Below are positions 59,506-64,000 of a DNA stretch of 64,000 nucleotides, piece by piece. The stretch spans positions 1 through 64,000 of the forward strand of contig JAQBYT010000003.1 in the NCBI GenBank assembly GCA_027622665.1, read 5' to 3'. The notes below the pieces were generated by a model. That model did not search any database and was not told the DNA's origin. It saw only the letters and a list, made by a program, of their open reading frames with translations. The translations under genes were made by a program, and so were the position numbers. How positions within the stretch are numbered: position 1 is the first letter of the stretch; each line of letters starts with the position of its first letter. Source of the stretch: Verrucomicrobiota bacterium (GTDB lineage: Bacteria > Verrucomicrobiota > Verrucomicrobiia > Opitutales > Seribacteraceae).

Positions 59506-60678
59506 CTAGCGGCGACGCTTGGAAATGATCTCGGAAACCTTTTCGTCGAAGCCGTCGCCCTTTCCTTCCTTGGCGAGGCGAGCCTTTTCGGTGGTCACGA
59601 AGTCCCGGCGCTTGACGAGCAGTTCTTCCAGTTTCTTCTGAAGTTCGGTCCGCTTGGCCACTTGTTCCTTGAGGTAGGCCGTACGCGTCTCGGGCGACAT
59701 TTTCTTGAGTTTCTCGGAAAGTTTATCCTCCTCGATTTTGTCGTATTCGTACTTGCCGGAAGCAAGGCCCTCCACAAGGTCTCCTCCGCCATCGATGTAG
59801 GCGGTGGCAGCTGCGGAAGGGGCCACGGAGCCACTAAACTTCAAAGAGGAGATAGCCTTGGATTTAAAGGAAAGCACGGAGAGGCGGTCGGCGGCCACCT
59901 CGTCATCAGCCTCGGCAGCCAGCTCAAGCTTACTAGCCACGACCGCCCGCACTCCGGCATCTCCATAGGCCACTACGGTGACGCCGAGTTCGCGGTTGAG
60001 CTTGGCGATTTCGGCATCGACGGGCGTGCTGATGGCAGCCACGCCACCGGTTTGCGCGATGGCCACGTAGTCGCCCTCGGCGAGCTTGGCGATTTCCTTC
60101 CATATGGGCGTGGTGGAAGCCATGCTCCCGCACTGGACGGTGTTGACGATGAGATCCTTCTTCACAGCCTGCTTGCAGACTGCGGGATACTTGACGTCGT
60201 CCTGATAATCCATGTGCGGAGGGGCATCTCCCACCAGAAAGATCAACTTGAGCACCTTGCGATCATCGTTCCACTTGATCTTGGTTACGGCCTCGTGCAG
60301 GGCCTGGTTTACAGACTCGGGGGTGTCGCCGCCGCCTTGGGCCTGAAACTTCATCAGCTTGGCGTATACGTCGTCGATATCCTCGGAAAGGTCGTGAACC
60401 TGCGTAACGTAGGCGTCCTTGCGATCGCGGTAACCAATAAGCCCTATGCGAAGGTTGGGCACGGGCTTGCTGGAAAGAATCTCGTTGGCGATGGACCAGA
60501 CCTTTTGCTTGGCGCCCTCGATGAGACCTCCCATGGAACCGGTGGTGTCTAGGACGAAGCAGACCTCGATGGTCTCGCGTTCCTTCTTTGCGTTTTTCTT
60601 GGCCTTCTTCTCACCGTCCTTGGCGGCGAGGGAAAAAAGAACGAGGCAAGCGGTAATAAACAGGGCGATTGTTTTCAT
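59506..60678 (-). CDS. Exported von Willebrand factor A domain protein
   Basis: Signal peptide; MIDAS FVLDTTGSM; GYRD; GGGDTPE; LVGDAPPH; C-terminal coiled coil. Confidence 0.9.
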   Translation of the reverse strand: MKTIALFITACLVLFSLAAKDGEKKAKKNAKKERETIEVCFVLDTTGSMGGLIEGAKQKVWSIANEILSSKPVPNLRIGLIGYRDRKDAYVTQVHDLSEDIDDVYAKLMKFQAQGGGDTPESVNQALHEAVTKIKWNDDRKVLKLIFLVGDAPPHMDYQDDVKYPAVCKQAVKKDLIVNTVQCGSMASTTPIWKEIAKLAEGDYVAIAQTGGVAAISTPVDAEIAKLNRELGVTVVAYGDAGVRAVVASKLELAAEADDEVAADRLSVLSFKSKAISSLKFSGSVAPSAAATAYIDGGGDLVEGLASGKYEYDKIEEDKLSEKLKKMSPETRTAYLKEQVAKRTELQKKLEELLVKRRDFVTTEKARLAKEGKGDGFDEKVSEIISKRRR

Positions 60679-60731
60679 GATGAGTTTTCCGTTTCTTTGT
60701 TAAATCGGTCGATATTCAATAGGTGGACAAA

Positions 60732-63080
60732 CTACCTTCGGCAGCGAATGACCTTGCCTTGGTGGATGACGTCGACATCGGGTCCAAGGCTGAGCCAAGG
60801 AATAACCTCGGGGTGTTTCTCGAGGAAGTCGAAGTACTCCTTGGAGGCGAATTTGAGCTCGTGAATCGTCTTGTCCGAATCGTCGCGGGCATCGTCGTCG
60901 ATCCAGAGATTCCCCGCAAGGTGGAAGGTCTTGCCGTCTATTATGCGGTTCTCGAACATGAGTCTGCCACGCCCCTTTCCTTCACCCGAGTAGGCGATGT
61001 CCCTAGCGGCTCTGAAATCAGCAATGCCGCTGGCGCTCTTGAGAGCGGAACCGGATGCTGCTCCTCGCACGGCATCATCCCCGGACTTCTCGAGCTTGAA
61101 ACTGTCGTAAGAAAGCTTGGCATCTCTTTCAATGGCAAGTGACTCTTCGGCAATAGGCGCCACTGTTGTGCCTGGGGCAAAGCCTCCCAAGCTGCGGCGA
61201 GCAAAGGGAACGGCATGATGCTTTTCGTCCTCGATGATGAGATAACTGGTATATGGCGTGACGATGCCGTACTTGCGAGCCAAGCGGGCCACTTCCTCCT
61301 TCAATTCCTTCTTTTCGCCTCGCAGTCGAATTTCGTCGAGCAAGTACCCCACCCGACGAGTAGCCCAGATACGCGGAATGAATTGGTTCTTATCGTTTTC
61401 CTTGGGAAAAAGAGCGTCGTACTTGAAAGATTTCTTCTCACCCCGAATGGTGCCGCGAAGAATCACTTTTCCCTTTATGGAACCCGGTTCGTACCTGCCG
61501 AGAACCACCATCTGGTCACCCTTGAAGAGGTCGGGCAGGTTTTTCGGGTATATGTTGCGAATACGTTCGGGACCCACAACCTCGAGCTTGAGATCGGCGA
61601 GCACGGGCTCGGATATCTTGGCGTAGAAGCGCGACACCTTGTACTCGAGATCCTCTTCGGGCAGGACGTACTGGCTCACGGCGTTCGTCTCCTCGGTTAT
61701 CTTGTCGAGCAAGTGCGTGTTGACGTTGGTTCCGATCCCGAAGCAGAAAACGCGAACCTTGCTCTTGGAGTCACCGATTTTCTTCTTAAGCGAGTTGAGG
61801 ATGACGTCCTCCTTGATGGCTCCGATGGTGGGTTGGCCGTCGGTAATGAAGATGACTTGGGTGGGACGACTTTTGGATGCCTTTGCAGAAACGATTGTGG
61901 CCGCCTCCCCAAGGGCTTCCTCGATGGCGGTGCCACCGATGGCGCGTACGGAATCAATGAATTTGGAGGCCTTTTTTCGATTCTTGGCAGCAGCGGCAAC
62001 CATCTTGCCGAAAACGGGTTCGGCCTCGGTGGAAAAACGGATGATCTCGAAACGATCCTCGTCGTTCAGGCTATCCACGCAAAACTTCATGGCCTCCTTG
62101 GCCTGCTCGATCTTCTTGCCTCGCATCGAACCGGAAGAATCGAACACGAACACGACGTCCTTCGGAATGGCCGCTTCCCCCTTTTTCCAAGCCCCCGGGC
62201 TTACCAGCAGCATGAAATGGCCGCCGTCTTCGGAATCCTCGGGATTGTGGGTAAGCACGCTCAGGTCGACGTCGCCGCCATCTTTTCCCTTGAGCGAGTA
62301 GTAAAGCAGGAAATCGGCGTCGGTCGCCATGTTCTTCTTTTCAAGCCCCACCACGACTCGCTGCTTCCCGTGACGCTTGATCTCGGCATCGTGGGAAGGC
62401 GAGTAGACGGACTTGATTTCGGCGCCGGAAGTCTCTACCTCGATCTTCATGGAAAGGTCCTTGATCGGGCGGGAGGAGTATTTCTTGGTATTGAGGTGGT
62501 AGAGGTACCTGACCATCTTGCCGTCCCGCTCGAGGATCTCGGTGTATTTGATCTTCACTTCCTTTTCCTTGCGAGGCTCAATCGGGAAGATACGCACCTT
62601 GAAAAGGCTTTGCCCGGCATACTCGAATAGAGCGGGGTCGAGAGCCTTGCGAACGATGTCCTCGTAAATTTTGCGAGCTTTCTTGGCGTCGAGTAGTTCG
62701 GCCTTCTGCATCTTGCCGTTGACCTCCATGGAAAACTTGTCGATGCGGGCTCCTTTGGGCACAGGAAAAATGAAGGTGCCCTCTAGTCGACGGTCGGAGG
62801 GGTTGTAAAAAACTTGGTGGAGCTTGGTGACCGCCACTTGGTCCTTGATCGAGACGTCGACGTGTTGGCTCCGCAATTCCAGCGGCAGGAATTGCCTGAT
62901 CGGGCGATGGGGAGGTATGGGACGAGGAGGCCAAGGCGGATGCGGCGGATGCGGGGGCAAGATGTGGCGAGGCATAGCCTTGTCCACAATGATGAGACCG
63001 TTACCCTGTGCCACTCGTGGTACGAAAAAGACGAGAATGGCGATAGTTGAGGCGGCGAACCAAGTGGTAGTTTTACTCAT
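60732..63080 (-). CDS. Exported VIT + VWA domain protein (inter-alpha-trypsin inhibitor heavy chain-like)
   Basis: VIT (QVFYNP, EGTFIFPVP, ARKIYEDIV, DPALFEY); VWA (FDSSGSM, GGTAI, FITDGQPT, FGIGTNVN); IWATRRV; YGIVTPYTS. Confidence 0.92.
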   Translation of the reverse strand: MSKTTTWFAASTIAILVFFVPRVAQGNGLIIVDKAMPRHILPPHPPHPPWPPRPIPPHRPIRQFLPLELRSQHVDVSIKDQVAVTKLHQVFYNPSDRRLEGTFIFPVPKGARIDKFSMEVNGKMQKAELLDAKKARKIYEDIVRKALDPALFEYAGQSLFKVRIFPIEPRKEKEVKIKYTEILERDGKMVRYLYHLNTKKYSSRPIKDLSMKIEVETSGAEIKSVYSPSHDAEIKRHGKQRVVVGLEKKNMATDADFLLYYSLKGKDGGDVDLSVLTHNPEDSEDGGHFMLLVSPGAWKKGEAAIPKDVVFVFDSSGSMRGKKIEQAKEAMKFCVDSLNDEDRFEIIRFSTEAEPVFGKMVAAAAKNRKKASKFIDSVRAIGGTAIEEALGEAATIVSAKASKSRPTQVIFITDGQPTIGAIKEDVILNSLKKKIGDSKSKVRVFCFGIGTNVNTHLLDKITEETNAVSQYVLPEEDLEYKVSRFYAKISEPVLADLKLEVVGPERIRNIYPKNLPDLFKGDQMVVLGRYEPGSIKGKVILRGTIRGEKKSFKYDALFPKENDKNQFIPRIWATRRVGYLLDEIRLRGEKKELKEEVARLARKYGIVTPYTSYLIIEDEKHHAVPFARRSLGGFAPGTTVAPIAEESLAIERDAKLSYDSFKLEKSGDDAVRGAASGSALKSASGIADFRAARDIAYSGEGKGRGRLMFENRIIDGKTFHLAGNLWIDDDARDDSDKTIHELKFASKEYFDFLEKHPEVIPWLSLGPDVDVIHQGKVIRCRR

Positions 63081-63216
63081 TTTTTGTCCTCTGTTCATAC
63101 TATAGCGACGCAGCAATCCGATATTTGTTAGAAAAAAACCGGATGGGGGCGAGAGTTATTCGGTCTCGCTTTTATCGTGAGGAGGATTCTTTCTATTCCA
63201 TTTCCCAATAAAAAAC

Positions 63217-64000
63217 ATGCCCGAAGTAGAGACACTCACTTATCCAATTGAACGCCTGCAGGAATTTTCCAAGCGCGTTTTTCTTCATTTCGGCGTTCCC
63301 GAAGATGATGCAAGGTTAGCCGCCGAAGTACTGGCATCCAGCGACCTGCGCGGCATCGACTCCCATGGGGTGGCTCGCCTTCATTGCTACTTCGACATGC
63401 TCAGCTTAGGGCGCATCAACCCAAAGCCTGTACTCAAGATCCTTCGCGAAAGCCCCAGCACCGCCACCGTTGACGGCGACAACGGCCTCGGCCTCGTGGT
63501 TGGGCCGAAAGCCAACGAGATCGCGATGGACAAAGCGGGCGAGGCAGGCACGGGATGGGTCAGCGTCTCCAACACGAACCATTACGGAATCGCAGGCTAT
63601 TATCCGCTACAGGCTCTCAAAAGAGACCTTATCGGCTGGTCCATGACCAACACCACGAAACTGGTTGCCCCGCTCTGGGGCGCCGAACGCATGCTGGGCA
63701 CAAACCCCATCGCCATCGCGTTTCCGGGGAAGGAGGAACCGCCCATCGTAATCGACATGGCCACTTGCGCTGCCGCCTACGGAAAAATCGAGATCGCCAA
63801 GCGCAAAGGAGAAAAGCTTCCCGAAGGATGGGCGGTGGACTCGGAAGGGCATCATACCGACGATCCCGAAGCCATGATCGAGGGTGGCGGACTGCTGCCC
63901 CTAGGCTCGGACCGTGAGCGCGGAGGTCACAAAGGCTACGGTCTCGCCCTCATGGTGGACGTGCTCTGCTGCGTCCTGAGCGGGGCCAACTGGGGCCCCT
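63217..64000 (+). CDS. Ldh_2 family (malate/L-lactate/sulfolactate/ureidoglycolate-type) dehydrogenase, 3'-truncated
   Basis: Absent from the ORF track because it has no stop in the window. Hand translation from ATG 63217: MPEVETLTY...DLRGIDSHGVARL...DGDNGLG...NTNHYGIAGYY...GTNPIAIAFP...DMAT...GGHKGYGL. Confidence 0.9.
   Translation, partial: MPEVETLTYPIERLQEFSKRVFLHFGVPEDDARLAAEVLASSDLRGIDSHGVARLHCYFDMLSLGRINPKPVLKILRESPSTATVDGDNGLGLVVGPKANEIAMDKAGEAGTGWVSVSNTNHYGIAGYYPLQALKRDLIGWSMTNTTKLVAPLWGAERMLGTNPIAIAFPGKEEPPIVIDMATCAAAYGKIEIAKRKGEKLPEGWAVDSEGHHTDDPEAMIEGGGLLPLGSDRERGGHKGYGLALMVDVLCCVLSGANWGP

Noticed and set aside
29060..62630. Long antisense ORFs (29060..30436, 31289..32722, 36997..37896, 43592..44509, 48544..50136, 50493..51908, 53070..53969, 59662..60552, 61215..62630)
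   Set aside because: Each lies opposite a well-supported gene and has no recognisable motif; typical shadow ORFs caused by GC-rich codon bias.
63217..64000. Linking the Ldh_2 enzyme to urea metabolism as ureidoglycolate dehydrogenase
   Set aside because: It is 10 kb from the urea locus, truncated, and substrate specificity cannot be read from family motifs.
1..64000. rRNA, tRNA, riboswitches, IS elements, integrases, prophage and reverse transcriptase
   Set aside because: None recognised by eye; a covariance-model scan of the intergenic regions would be needed to exclude small RNAs.

Overview
Gene-dense, moderately GC-rich bacterial DNA with a PVC-superphylum signature. Three DUF1549/DUF1553 (PSD2/PSD1) + DUF1501 pairs, several sulfatases and a PQQ-like propeller suggest Verrucomicrobiota, probably Opitutae-like (inference). 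From left to right: (1) an outer-membrane beta-barrel gene broken by one in-frame TAA; (2) a Tat-exported Gfo/Idh/MocA oxidoreductase, two PSD+DUF1501 modules, a sulfatase and nanE; (3) a ~19 kb minus-strand cluster encoding PSD + DUF1501, two large TPR/Ig-like-repeat envelope proteins (one 2508 aa), one MotA/TolQ/ExbB, two ExbD/TolR, a single-pass membrane protein, a membrane-anchored DUF4159 protein and a third TPR protein, with no TonB/TolA; (4) an SGNH esterase-sulfatase fusion, a TonB-dependent receptor with a low-GC central block, an MFS transporter and two sulfatases; (5) a complete urea locus (sigma54-like promoter, porin, urtABCDE, ureABCEFGD); (6) an alpha/beta-hydrolase, PQQ-like propeller, sufT, sppA, a CinA-like/nucleotidyltransferase-like protein, a secreted VWA + VIT-VWA pair and a truncated Ldh_2 oxidoreductase. 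The best candidates for undescribed biology are the TonB-less proton-motor/TPR envelope machine and the tandem D/E-x-N-x-S/T (PglB-type N-glycosylation) sequons at the periplasmic N-termini of unrelated envelope proteins. No rRNA, tRNA, CRISPR array or mobile element was recognised. All family calls come from motif recognition by eye, not from database searches.
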